This document shows, one piece after another, positions 1 to 9,114 of a DNA stretch of 64,000 nucleotides. The translations under genes and the position numbers were made by a program. The notes below the pieces were generated by a model. It ran no database searches and had not been told where the DNA came from. It saw only the letters and a list, made by a program, of their open reading frames with translations. Within the stretch, counting starts at the first letter, position 1. Every line of letters starts with the position of its first letter. Source of the DNA: an uncultured Acidimicrobiaceae bacterium (lineage in GTDB: Bacteria; Actinomycetota; Acidimicrobiia; Acidimicrobiales; RAAP-2); NCBI GenBank assembly GCA_963756515.1, contig CAVWNV010000007.1, positions 27,108 through 91,107 on the forward strand, read 5' to 3'.

Positions 1-149
1 CCTTCGAGGATCCTCTCACCGGCTTCGAACCAGAAGGCTCCCTCGAACCTCCATGGAAACCTGACGGTAGTGGTGACCGGGGCCTCCCGCCGGAATCCTG
101 CTCCATCCGCACGGCCCCGAGCCATCCGGCTGGCTGTAACGTCGCTGCG

Positions 150-872
150 ATGGGATCCGACCTCTGGGAGGCGAGCTCGAGTTGGTGGCAAAGCAACTTC
201 ACCGAAGGGGCCGATCCTGAATACGAAGAGCAGATTCTGCCCTTGGTCGAGCACTACGCCCGCGGAGCTCGTCGGGTGCTGGACATCGGTTGCGGCGAAG
301 GGCAGGTCAGCCGGCGGTTGGCCCGGCTGGGGGCGGACGTAGTCGGCCTCGATCCCACTGAGTCGCAGATCCGTTCGGCCTTCGAGCGAGGGGGATCGGC
401 TCGCTACATCCGCGCCCAGGCGGAGCGCCTCCCGTGCGGTGGGGGTCAGTTCGACACCGTCGTGCTGTGTCTGGCCATCGAACATGTGGAGCAGTTCGAG
501 GCATCCATCCGAGAGGTGGCTCGGGTGCTCACTCCCGGGGGTCGGTTCCTCTTGCTGATGGTGCACCCGCTCCTGCAGTCTCCGGGCAGTGGATGGGTGG
601 AGGTTGTCGACTCCGATATCCGATTCTGGCGGATCGGGTCGTATCTGGAGGACGACATCGCCGTCGACCAGGTCGCGCCCGGAGTCCATCTGCCCTTTGT
701 CCATCGGCCCCTCAGTCGGTATGTCCACGAGATGGGGAGGTGTGGGCTGGTAATCGATGACATGGTCGAGCCAGCGCCACCGCCCGCGGTGTTGTTGGAG
801 ACCGGCGGCTTCCCCAACGCCTCCTCGATCCCACGGTTGATGCTGTTGTGCGCCCGACGCGGGGAGACGTGA
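150..872 (+). CDS. class I SAM-dependent methyltransferase
   Basis: 240-aa ORF with SAM-binding motif I 'VLDIGCGEGQ' followed by acidic 'VVGLD'. The frame stays open to the window edge, so the start could lie further upstream. Confidence 0.85.
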   Translation: MGSDLWEASSSWWQSNFTEGADPEYEEQILPLVEHYARGARRVLDIGCGEGQVSRRLARLGADVVGLDPTESQIRSAFERGGSARYIRAQAERLPCGGGQFDTVVLCLAIEHVEQFEASIREVARVLTPGGRFLLLMVHPLLQSPGSGWVEVVDSDIRFWRIGSYLEDDIAVDQVAPGVHLPFVHRPLSRYVHEMGRCGLVIDDMVEPAPPPAVLLETGGFPNASSIPRLMLLCARRGET

Positions 873-889
873 CCGTTCCGTCACCGCTC

Positions 890-919
890 GGGCGGTGGCC
901 GGCATGGACACCACCGCCC
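890..919. terminator. candidate bidirectional hairpin between convergent genes
   Basis: Perfect 9-bp inverted repeat GGGCGGTGG-N12-CCACCGCCC between the stops at 872 (+) and 975 (-). No U-tract. Confidence 0.3.
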
Positions 920-974
920 GACTGCATCCGTACACCCGAACCCTCCGCGTTCCGAATCTTGCCCATACCAGCAG

Positions 975-1778
975 TCAGGTGATGCGGACTCCCGCGGCAT
1001 AGACCAAGGTCGTGATGTCGTCGGTGGAGGTATCGATGAGTTCGACTTGGACAGTTGCGTCGGGTCCGGTGCCCAGGAGTCTGCTCCGGGTTCGCACCGG
1101 GCCCACCCGCGCCATCCGGAGATATCGGAGGTCCAGGTCGGTTACCACAAAGCGTGACCCGAATCGCGTCTCCATGAGGTCTTCGGCCGCGGCCTCGGCG
1201 AGGAGCGCCACCATCGCGCCCTGGAGTGTCCCGGCGGGATTGCGGAGGTCCGGCGTGACTTCGACCTGCACGATTCCCTCCGCCGCATCGATCACGTGGA
1301 TTCCAGCCTCATCGCGCAGAGGTCGATCGAGCGTGGTGGGATCTCGGAAGATCACCGGAATCTGTCCGAGCGGGACGTTCGGTTTCGGCGGATCGGTCGC
1401 GTTACGGGGAATCCGGGCAAACCCGATGGCACCGGTCGCGATCGGCACTCCCTGATCAGTGATGAGCTCGACCAGGGACGTTGCCGATCGCCGACCCTCG
1501 CGGAGAATCACGCTGGTGGCGTCGATGCGCTCCGGTGCCGGGATCGGGCGCATCCGGACCGACATGTCCGAGGTGAGCGTCCACATCCCGACATCTCGAT
1601 CCAGGGGGATCCCGGCCACAACGTCGACGACGAAGGAGAGGACACTGGCTCGGACCAATCCGTGGTGCATCGTCTCCCACCGGGGAGTGAGCTCCAAGGT
1701 CAGCCGGCCGTCCTCGAGTCGCGCCGCCACGCCGAGGCGACCTGGGACAGACGTTCCTGAGCCCGACAGATCGGTCAT
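975..1778 (-). CDS. tandem hotdog-fold (PaaI/4HBT-like) thioesterase
   Basis: 267-aa ORF made of two similar halves: '...LTLELTPRWETMHHGLVRASVLSFVVDVVAG...' and '...VQVEVTPDLRNPAGTLQGAMVALLAEAAA...'. Both are typical of PaaI-type hotdog domains. Confidence 0.75.
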   Translation of the reverse strand: MTDLSGSGTSVPGRLGVAARLEDGRLTLELTPRWETMHHGLVRASVLSFVVDVVAGIPLDRDVGMWTLTSDMSVRMRPIPAPERIDATSVILREGRRSATSLVELITDQGVPIATGAIGFARIPRNATDPPKPNVPLGQIPVIFRDPTTLDRPLRDEAGIHVIDAAEGIVQVEVTPDLRNPAGTLQGAMVALLAEAAAEDLMETRFGSRFVVTDLDLRYLRMARVGPVRTRSRLLGTGPDATVQVELIDTSTDDITTLVYAAGVRIT

Positions 1779-1955
1779 ATGGTCTCCACGAACATGAGTT
1801 CTCGATGCTAACGGCGATGGACACCGCCGCCTGCCGATCGGCCGCGCCCTACACCTTCACCGGACGGTGGCGGCCGATGACGCGGGCCGTCGGCCGTGGT
1901 GGCTGGTACTCGTCGTCGGTGCCGTCCCAGGACGTCGGGTTCCAGGTTTGTCGGT

Positions 1956-3689
1956 TCAACACGATCCTCTGGTCACCGAGACCACCACCGGTGTGGCCCG
2001 GCTCCTGTTCTCGACGTCGATACGGGTCGCGTCGGGTCGAGAGGTGGCGCGAGCTCCCGAGGTTCGCAGGCAGTAGCCATGCGGATAGTGGGTCGACACG
2101 GGGACGACGATCACTGTCGGAGCGGTGATCGTAGGGTTCGACCGGTAGCGCAACGTGAACGAGCCCGTCGTGGGGTCGAAGTACATCGAGGTGGGGGTCC
2201 CGGCCACCGCCGATGCGTAGGTCTCCGACAGCACTTGGAGCTGGGATTGCGTGGCCGACCGTGGAGGCCACAGCGCAGAGGAGTGTGATCCCGTCGGGTC
2301 GTCATAGTTGATCCACTGCCAGTAGATCCACCCCACGAGATTCGAGTTGGCATCGAATGTGATCCGGGTCAGGTCGGCGGTGTCGGTGGTGGCTCCGAAC
2401 TCGGTCAGTAGCCAACCCGGTCCACCGGGTTGCTCGGGCGTGGTGTCGTTGACGCGCTCGTCGTCGTGTTGCGTGAACACGTGGCTCTCGAGTGGACCGC
2501 ATGTCGAGGAGAAGCTGGGTGGTTCGGGACCATTGGGCACGTGCAGGAAGCAGTAGTCGTGGAAGTTGAGCACCAGACGTGGGTAGCGCATGGCCCCGAT
2601 GTAGTTCGGCACCCCCGAGTCGGTGCCGTAGTTGCCCTCGTAGGCAACGAGGTGGGTCGGGTCGGCAGCCTCGATACGCGGAATGAGCCCTTCCTCGGGG
2701 TCATCACTCGGGCAGCTCACCGGCTGGCCGCTCTGATCCAACCCGGGGTGTGCCCGGCCTGTGTACAGGCACTCGAGTTCGGCGTCGAAGGCCGGATTGG
2801 CGGGAACAGTGCTGAGACCGGAACCGTAAGGCTCATTGAACGGGTCGTAGCCCACTATCCACGGGTTTCCCCGGAACCGGGCGGCGATCTTCGTCCAGAC
2901 CGTGTCGAACTCACCCTGGAGATTCCCGACCACATCGTTCTCCCAAAAGTGATCGTACGCCTGTGCCACCCCCGGTCCGGCGTAGTTGACGCTCCAGTTC
3001 TGGACGTGCCGCCGAGGCTTGGGAACGATTCCTTCGGTGCACACGGCCCAGTTGGGCGCCCCTTCGCCGCCGAAGACTTCGTTGTAGACGTCCTGGTGCA
3101 TGTCGATCAGTGATGAGATCCCGTACCGGGCCAGTAGCGAGACGGTGGCCTCGAGGCGTCCCATATACGTGTCGAAGTGCCTGGCATCGAACTGATCGGA
3201 CCCCGACTTGCCGGGTGCCCCGGGAGTACAGATGGCGGGGTCGTTGATCGGGTCGGTACCCGGCTCGAGTCCCTTCCAGATGACTCCGAGACGAACGACG
3301 TTGAAACCGAGTTGCGCCATTCGTTGCGCTTCGGGCGGGGTCAGGGTATTGCGGCCGGAACCCTGCACCTCGACCTCGTAGGGCGGGATCTTGTAGACGA
3401 GGTCGACACCGTGAAGCAGAACGGCTCGTCCCTCTTGGTCCACCAGCTCGGGACCACCCAGGGACCGGAGAGGACCCACCGGGCCGGTGGCCGGATTGGG
3501 TGGAGGGGGAGACGTCGATGCCGAGGGTCCATAGGAACACGCACACAACACCAGACCCACGAGGACGACCGCGCCGCCCCGTCGCCACAGAGCGCGGGGG
3601 AGCCAACCCGACGACCTCCCCGCCGAGCGCCCCTGGGAGCCAGTCACCACCTTCCCTAGGGCATCCCCCATACGGAGAGTCTGACCCAC
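1956..3689 (-). CDS. secreted glycoside hydrolase family 5 (endoglycoceramidase/cellulase-like)
   Basis: 577-aa ORF with an N-terminal hydrophobic signal-like segment and a Pro-rich linker. Clan GH-A motifs 'NVVRLGVIWKGLEPG' and 'DPFNEPY' are present. Confidence 0.8.
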   Translation of the reverse strand: MGQTLRMGDALGKVVTGSQGRSAGRSSGWLPRALWRRGGAVVLVGLVLCACSYGPSASTSPPPPNPATGPVGPLRSLGGPELVDQEGRAVLLHGVDLVYKIPPYEVEVQGSGRNTLTPPEAQRMAQLGFNVVRLGVIWKGLEPGTDPINDPAICTPGAPGKSGSDQFDARHFDTYMGRLEATVSLLARYGISSLIDMHQDVYNEVFGGEGAPNWAVCTEGIVPKPRRHVQNWSVNYAGPGVAQAYDHFWENDVVGNLQGEFDTVWTKIAARFRGNPWIVGYDPFNEPYGSGLSTVPANPAFDAELECLYTGRAHPGLDQSGQPVSCPSDDPEEGLIPRIEAADPTHLVAYEGNYGTDSGVPNYIGAMRYPRLVLNFHDYCFLHVPNGPEPPSFSSTCGPLESHVFTQHDDERVNDTTPEQPGGPGWLLTEFGATTDTADLTRITFDANSNLVGWIYWQWINYDDPTGSHSSALWPPRSATQSQLQVLSETYASAVAGTPTSMYFDPTTGSFTLRYRSNPTITAPTVIVVPVSTHYPHGYCLRTSGARATSRPDATRIDVENRSRATPVVVSVTRGSC

Positions 3690-3832
3690 ATTCCACCTGG
3701 GCCGCCGAGTACCTTCGGTCGGACCGATGGAGCGGCGTATCCACCAACGGCTTAGGATCAGCAGATGGTACGAGAGGGCGGATCAGGCCGGGCCCGCGGA
3801 CACGTCGCCGGCCGAGGCCGTCCAGAAGCGCC

Positions 3833-4783
3833 ATGAGCTCCCGGTACCCGCTCCCCTCGACGCCCAATGGCTGGTTCAGCGTGGGCGCGGGTGCGGATCT
3901 GGCCCGGGGCGACGTGCGGTCGGAGTCGTACTTCGGGCGAGATCTGGTGCTGTTCCGGGGCGGGGACGGCCGGGCCCGGGTCTTCGACGCCCACTGCCCT
4001 CATCTGGGAGCCCATCTGGGTGTCGGCGGCCGTGTCTGCGACGACGGCATCGTCTGCCCGTTCCACGGTTGGCGCTTCGACGGCGATGGCCAGCTCGTCG
4101 AGGTCCCGGGATTGGATCGGGCGCCGAGGGCCTCGGCCGGCGCCTGGCCCGTGTGCGAACTCAACGGGCGCATCTTCGTCTGGCACCATGCCGGAGGCGT
4201 GCCGCCGAGCTACGAGGTCATCGGCTACCGGACCGACGAGGCGGGCTGGACGCCATGGAGGTGCACCACCTACCGGGTGCGTGTCCACGTTCAGGATCTG
4301 ACGGAGAACATCATCGACCGGTCCCACTTCTCGTCCGTGCACGACATGAAGGCCCCCGACGTCGACCATTTCGAAGTGCGGTTCGATGGCGTCTCCATGG
4401 TCGTCGAGCAGAGCCTCAAGGTGACGGCGGTGGACATAGGCGGCTACGAGGTCCAGACAACGACGACGACATGTGGACCCGGGATCGTCGCCGTGGAGGT
4501 GAACCAGAACCAGATCGAGATGCTCACCTACATCACGCAGACTCCCGTCGACGAGGAGATCACGGAAGTGAACCTGCTCTTTTCGATGAAGGCATTACCG
4601 GATGAGAAGGCCACCGATATGATCTGCGAGCTCAACGACCGGATAACCAATGAGCAGTTCACCCAGGACGTCCCCATCTGGGAGAACAAGACCTACCGCG
4701 AGCGGCCGATCATCACGAAGATCGACGGCCCGGTCACGCAGTACCGTCGATGGTTCCGGCAGTTCTATGCAGAACCCGACTGA
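3833..4783 (+). CDS. Rieske [2Fe-2S] oxygenase, KshA/cholesterol-7-desaturase-like
   Basis: Rieske motif 'CPHLGAHLG...CPFHGWRF' and a C-terminal 'DVPIWENKTYRERP' region. Start set at ATG 3833 (residue 112 of the 427-aa ORF), because the upstream part is Arg/Pro-rich and overlaps the divergent GH5 gene. Confidence 0.85.
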   Translation: MSSRYPLPSTPNGWFSVGAGADLARGDVRSESYFGRDLVLFRGGDGRARVFDAHCPHLGAHLGVGGRVCDDGIVCPFHGWRFDGDGQLVEVPGLDRAPRASAGAWPVCELNGRIFVWHHAGGVPPSYEVIGYRTDEAGWTPWRCTTYRVRVHVQDLTENIIDRSHFSSVHDMKAPDVDHFEVRFDGVSMVVEQSLKVTAVDIGGYEVQTTTTTCGPGIVAVEVNQNQIEMLTYITQTPVDEEITEVNLLFSMKALPDEKATDMICELNDRITNEQFTQDVPIWENKTYRERPIITKIDGPVTQYRRWFRQFYAEPD

Positions 4784-4931
4784 CGCTACCCGCATCGATC
4801 CGACGCCCGCTGACGACTCACGACCGGTTCCGGTGTCTCATCCGTGCCGATCGTGACAAGGGCCGGGGCTACGGGCCCCGCCTCTCAGGCCCGGGCCTCC
4901 GACAGCTAGCGGGAGCCTCACCCGTGGACGC

Positions 4932-6425
4932 TCACAACTCCACAATGGCCAGGTCCTCGGCGAAGGGCTCGGTGTCGACGACCTCGGCATCGGCCGCGAC
5001 GACCTCGGGGCCTGCCTTGAGCTTGGGAAGGAGCGTGGCCAGAAGCACTCCGATCAACATCACGCAGCCGGCGATGACGAAGGCGGCCCGGTACCCTGCG
5101 GTCAGGGCGGCCTGGGTCGTGTGATGGCCCCGTTCGTGGCTGGCGACCACGGTGGAGGCCACCGTGGCCATCACGGCCAGGCCCAGGGCGCCACCGATCT
5201 GTCGGGTGGTGTTGATCAATCCGGAGGCCAGCCCCGCTTCGTGTACGGGAACGCCGGCCGTTGCGGACAGGGTCATGGGGACGAACGTCAGACCGAAACC
5301 CAGGCCGATCAGGATCTCGGGTCCCAGGAGATGCGTCATGTAGGGATCGCCGGCCCCGACGCGGGACAGCCAGAGCAGTCCGGCCGCGGCCACCCCGAGC
5401 CCGAGCATGAGCTGGTTCCGGGCTCCGAAGATGTGCACGATTCGAGAGGCGATCAGGGCCGCCACCAACGTGGACAGGCCCACCGGAAAGAAGGCCAGAC
5501 CGGCGCGGAGCGGGCTGTAGCCGTCGACGTTCTGAAGGAACAGCGACAGGAAGAAGTAGGTGCCGAAAAGGCCGGTGCCGACGGTGACGGCGATTCCGTT
5601 GGCCACCGAGAGCGAGCGGCGCTTGAAGATCGAGAGTGGAACCAGAGGGTCCTTGGCAAAGCGGGACTCGGTGACGAAGAACACGGCGAGGAGGGCGAGC
5701 CCGACGGCCAGCGTGACGATGGTCTGGACCGAACCCCATGGGTGGACGTCGGTGCTGACGATCCCGTACACCAGTACGGCCAGCCCCGCGGTGACGGTCA
5801 CCGCTCCGGTCAGGTCGAGCGTCTTGCGAGGGCCCCGCTCCTCGTGTCGGGGGAGCGCCACCCAGGCTCCGGCCAACAGCACGATGCCGATGGGCACGTT
5901 GACGAACAGCACCCACCGCCAGTTGAGCAGATCGGTGAGGATGCCACCGAAGAGCACCCCCGCCGCCGCCCCGCTGGCCGCGGTGGCCGACCAGGCACCG
6001 AGGGCCCGTCGGCGGTCATGGGGATCGGTGAAGGCCGTGACCAGGATGCTGAGGGTCGCCGGGGCCAGGATGGCTCCGCCGATGCCCTGGGCGGCCCGAG
6101 CGGTGATCAGCCACGCCCCACTCTGGGCCAATCCGCCCAGCAGGCTGAAGACGGTGAAGACGGTGAGCCCGAGCATGAAGACGCGCCGGCGACCGAAGAG
6201 ATCGGCCGCCCGCCCGCCCAGCATCAGAAAGCCGGCGAAGGTCAGGGTGTAGGCGTTGACCACCCACTGCTCTCCGGCCACCGACAGCCCGAGGCTCGCC
6301 CGCATCTGGGGCAGGGCCACATTGACGATGGCCACGTCCAGCACCACCATGAACTGGGCCGCGCAGCAGATGGCCAGAACGGCCCAGGTCGGTATGGTCC
6401 GGACCCGTGAGTTGACTGTGTCCAT
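4932..6425 (-). CDS. MFS transporter, DHA2 (EmrB/QacA) drug:H+ antiporter family
   Basis: Begins 'MDTVNSRVRTIPTWAVLAICCAAQFMVVLDVAIVNVALP', the typical DHA2 N-terminus, and has many hydrophobic spans. Start is residue 225 of the 721-aa ORF; the upstream part reads through the intergenic operator region. Confidence 0.9.
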   Translation of the reverse strand: MDTVNSRVRTIPTWAVLAICCAAQFMVVLDVAIVNVALPQMRASLGLSVAGEQWVVNAYTLTFAGFLMLGGRAADLFGRRRVFMLGLTVFTVFSLLGGLAQSGAWLITARAAQGIGGAILAPATLSILVTAFTDPHDRRRALGAWSATAASGAAAGVLFGGILTDLLNWRWVLFVNVPIGIVLLAGAWVALPRHEERGPRKTLDLTGAVTVTAGLAVLVYGIVSTDVHPWGSVQTIVTLAVGLALLAVFFVTESRFAKDPLVPLSIFKRRSLSVANGIAVTVGTGLFGTYFFLSLFLQNVDGYSPLRAGLAFFPVGLSTLVAALIASRIVHIFGARNQLMLGLGVAAAGLLWLSRVGAGDPYMTHLLGPEILIGLGFGLTFVPMTLSATAGVPVHEAGLASGLINTTRQIGGALGLAVMATVASTVVASHERGHHTTQAALTAGYRAAFVIAGCVMLIGVLLATLLPKLKAGPEVVAADAEVVDTEPFAEDLAIVEL

Positions 6426-6454
6426 TGGGCGACTCCTGGTCCCTGACGGGTTTC

Positions 6455-6510
6455 TCTTAACGTTAAGATATTCGGTCCCGCCGATCGCGTCAAGTCTCTT
6501 AACGTTGAGG
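6455..6510. promoter_or_regulatory. two AACGTT-centred operator-like palindromes (probable MarR binding sites)
   Basis: Perfect 14-bp palindrome TCTTAACGTTAAGA at 6455-6468 and an imperfect copy TCTTAACGTTGAGG at 6497-6510. Both lie in the 102-bp divergent region between the MFS and MarR genes, a locally AT-richer stretch. Confidence 0.5.
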
Positions 6511-6527
6511 TAAGTACGATCTATTCC

Positions 6528-7049
6528 ATGGGCCCCGGTACCGAGCGCGACGAGATCGACGACATCGTCGAGTTCTGGCATCAGGAGAACCCCGACCTCG
6601 ACGTCACGGCCAAGACTCTGGCCATGCGGCTGCGGCGGGCGTCGCAGCACCTGGAACGGGCGGTACGGACCAACCTGGCCACGAGCGGGGTCGATGAGTA
6701 CTGGGAGATCGAAGTCCTGATGTCCCTCCTGCGGGCCCCGGGTCATCGCCGGAGCGCGGGCGAGCTCCAGCGTGAGAGTCAGGTCACGTCGGGAGCCATC
6801 ACCAACCGGGTGGGAAGGCTCGAGAGCCGGGGATGGGTGACGCGGGAGGTGGATCCGGTCGACCGTCGACAGGTACTCATCTCGTTGACCGGTGAGGGCC
6901 TGAAGCAGGCGAACCACGTGGTCGCCACGAAGAACGAGTCCGAGAGACGGATCTTTTCCGGACTGGACCGGGTCCTGCTGGAGCGGTTGACCGGAGAGCT
7001 CCGCACCCTGCTGGCTTCGATGGAGTCGCCGGACCCGGACGGTGGATGA
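6528..7049 (+). CDS. MarR family transcriptional regulator
   Basis: 173-aa ORF with a winged-helix segment '...SAGELQRESQVTSGAITNRVGRLESRGWVTRE...'. Divergent from the DHA2 pump. Confidence 0.9.
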   Translation: MGPGTERDEIDDIVEFWHQENPDLDVTAKTLAMRLRRASQHLERAVRTNLATSGVDEYWEIEVLMSLLRAPGHRRSAGELQRESQVTSGAITNRVGRLESRGWVTREVDPVDRRQVLISLTGEGLKQANHVVATKNESERRIFSGLDRVLLERLTGELRTLLASMESPDPDGG

Positions 7050-7177
7050 CCGGGCGAGAGGCTCGTCCGCGGTGGATCCGGCTGACCATCTATGCAACTG
7101 TCTTATGGCATGAGCGGCATCGGGCTGGCGCAGGGCACCGCCGTTACGCCGGCCCGGACTGAACCAGAGGAGCTCCT

Positions 7178-7633
7178 ATGACCATTGAGTTTGCGACCGA
7201 GGCCCAGCATCGTGGTTCCGCCGATCTTCCCTTCGTGGAAATCGGCGGCGGCAACAAGCTCAAGGTGATCCAGGTCGACGTGGCCGAGGGTCTCTGGATC
7301 GTCGAGAACATCTTTCAGACCGGTTATCTGGTGCAGACGCATCGACACACCGGGCCGGTCTACGCCTACACGATGTCCGGGGCCTGGAGATACCGCGAAT
7401 ACGACTACGTCAACCGGGCCGGCTCGTTCCTGTTCGAGCCGGCCGGCTCCGTGCACACGCTCGAATGCGTCGAGGATGACACGCAGGTGTGGTTCCAGAT
7501 GTACGGGGTCAACCTGAATCTGGGTGCCGACGGCAGCATTGAAAGCGTCTTCGATGGACCCGGCGCCCTGGAGGCCTACTACGCACTGTGCGAGGCCGAG
7601 GGACTACCCCGTCCCAACGTCCTTCTCAGCTGA
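7178..7633 (+). CDS. cupin, 2,4'-dihydroxyacetophenone dioxygenase-like family
   Basis: 151-aa ORF with 'VQTHRHTGPVYAYTMSGAWRYREY...FLFEPAGSVHTL', a cupin metal-binding pattern. GAGGAG lies upstream of the ATG. Confidence 0.75.
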   Translation: MTIEFATEAQHRGSADLPFVEIGGGNKLKVIQVDVAEGLWIVENIFQTGYLVQTHRHTGPVYAYTMSGAWRYREYDYVNRAGSFLFEPAGSVHTLECVEDDTQVWFQMYGVNLNLGADGSIESVFDGPGALEAYYALCEAEGLPRPNVLLS

Positions 7634-7672
7634 TGGAGTCCTGACCGCCGGGAGCAACAGGGGAGTCCGGGC

Positions 7673-8977
7673 TCAGCCCACCGGGATCTCCACCGAGTCC
7701 TCCGGTGCCAGTCCGAGGTCGAGCGTGTCGACGTCGTGAGAGGGCCGGACACGCGGCCCGGACCAACCGATCAGGACCTTGACCGACGCCGCGAACACGA
7801 GCAGCTGGACCAACACGCACCGAGCCTGCATGGTGACCGCACTGTCGCCCACACTGTGCACGTAGGCCGCCGGATATGCCACCACCACGAACGCCGCCAC
7901 CAACAGACCGAGGACCCACCGGTCATTGACCGTGGCCATCAGCAGAGCGCCCGGGACGAGGAGCATCACATAGTGGTTCTCGGCCAGCGGCCCGGCCAGA
8001 AAGGCCGTGCTCAGCAGCAGGGTACCGAGGGCCGCGATCAGGGGCCGAGAGGTGTCCCGGTCTCCTCGGGCCACCCGGACCACGGCCAGTCCGGCCACCC
8101 CCACTATGGCCAACCGGGCCAGAAGGGTCAGGGCACCCGGGACGTGGTGGAAGGCCCCGAACTGGACCAGCGACGTGTTGTACACCGCCTGCCAGCCGGT
8201 CAAGCTCGATCCACCGGCCAGTCGTCTCGCCACCTCGCCGATGGAACCCACGCCGTTGGTCAGGGGGAGGGAGAGGAGGAGCCCGATGAGGGCCACTCCC
8301 AAGGCCTCCGCCACCGTTCTCCACCGTCGGAGCACCATGGGGATCAGGATCAGGGGGAGGATCACCGGTTTCAACAGCAGGGCCAGGCCCAGCACCACCG
8401 CCCCGGATCTCCACCGCCCATCACCCCATCGGACGAGCACGAATGCGCACGGGAGCACCAGAAACACGCTGGCGTTGTCCAGCCACAGGATCGAAGTGAC
8501 CAGGTCACCCCGAAGCAGCAGGCCGGCCAGCACCGCGCTCACCAGAAGCTGCCAGCCTGCCGGCCGGAGACAGCCCCTGAGCAAGAGCACTGTCAGTCCG
8601 ATGGCCGCCGTCTCGAAGTAGGTGTAGACCACCACAGCGGCGTGGAGATGGGCGAACGAGAGTGGCCATCCGACCAGGGCCGCCGGTGGCGGGTAGACGA
8701 AGTCGGGGTCGGAGTAGATGGAACTACCGGATCGCAGGTCCTCGCCGGCGATCCGAATGGGCTTCAGATCCCATCCCAGCGTGGAGTGCCCGAGCGCCAC
8801 ATGGGCACGCCATACCGCCACGACGGCGACACCGATCCAGGCCGCCACGCCCAGGACCACCGGGGCCGCCCGCCACCACCGTTCCCCCACGCGCTCCGGC
8901 GCCGACGTTGAGTCCGTCAAACCCTCGACCTTGGTCACGCCCACCGCTTTCGTCCGTGCTGTCCCTCCGGTCACCAT
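7673..8977 (-). CDS. polytopic membrane glycosyltransferase, GT87/DUF2029-like (tentative)
   Basis: 434-aa ORF with many hydrophobic helices and an N-terminal loop motif 'DFVYPPPAALVGWP' that resembles the FxYPP motif of GT87 mannosyltransferases. Confidence 0.65.
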   Translation of the reverse strand: MVTGGTARTKAVGVTKVEGLTDSTSAPERVGERWWRAAPVVLGVAAWIGVAVVAVWRAHVALGHSTLGWDLKPIRIAGEDLRSGSSIYSDPDFVYPPPAALVGWPLSFAHLHAAVVVYTYFETAAIGLTVLLLRGCLRPAGWQLLVSAVLAGLLLRGDLVTSILWLDNASVFLVLPCAFVLVRWGDGRWRSGAVVLGLALLLKPVILPLILIPMVLRRWRTVAEALGVALIGLLLSLPLTNGVGSIGEVARRLAGGSSLTGWQAVYNTSLVQFGAFHHVPGALTLLARLAIVGVAGLAVVRVARGDRDTSRPLIAALGTLLLSTAFLAGPLAENHYVMLLVPGALLMATVNDRWVLGLLVAAFVVVAYPAAYVHSVGDSAVTMQARCVLVQLLVFAASVKVLIGWSGPRVRPSHDVDTLDLGLAPEDSVEIPVG

Positions 8978-9007
8978 CGGCTCGCCATGCGGACGGCTTG
9001 AACGAAG

Positions 9008-9033
9008 GCGCCGTCGACGTGCGCCGTCGACGT
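9008..9033. repeat. perfect 13-bp tandem duplication (GCGCCGTCGACGT x2)
   Basis: Read directly. Each unit contains the 8-bp palindrome CGTCGACG. Lies in the 137-bp spacer upstream of the GT87-like gene. Confidence 0.7.
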
Positions 9034-9114
9034 GCGGGGTCGAACGGGTCCGGACCCCACTGCCGGTGGTCCTCGCTTCGGGCCCGACCGACGGGCCCGG
9101 CCACGAGCTGTGGA

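Noticed and set aside
21-31. tRNA T-loop-like string (reverse complement GGTTCGAAGCC) near the left edge.
   Set aside because: The flanking bases cannot form a T-arm stem or an acceptor stem. The region reads as an open protein-like frame continuous with the methyltransferase ORF.
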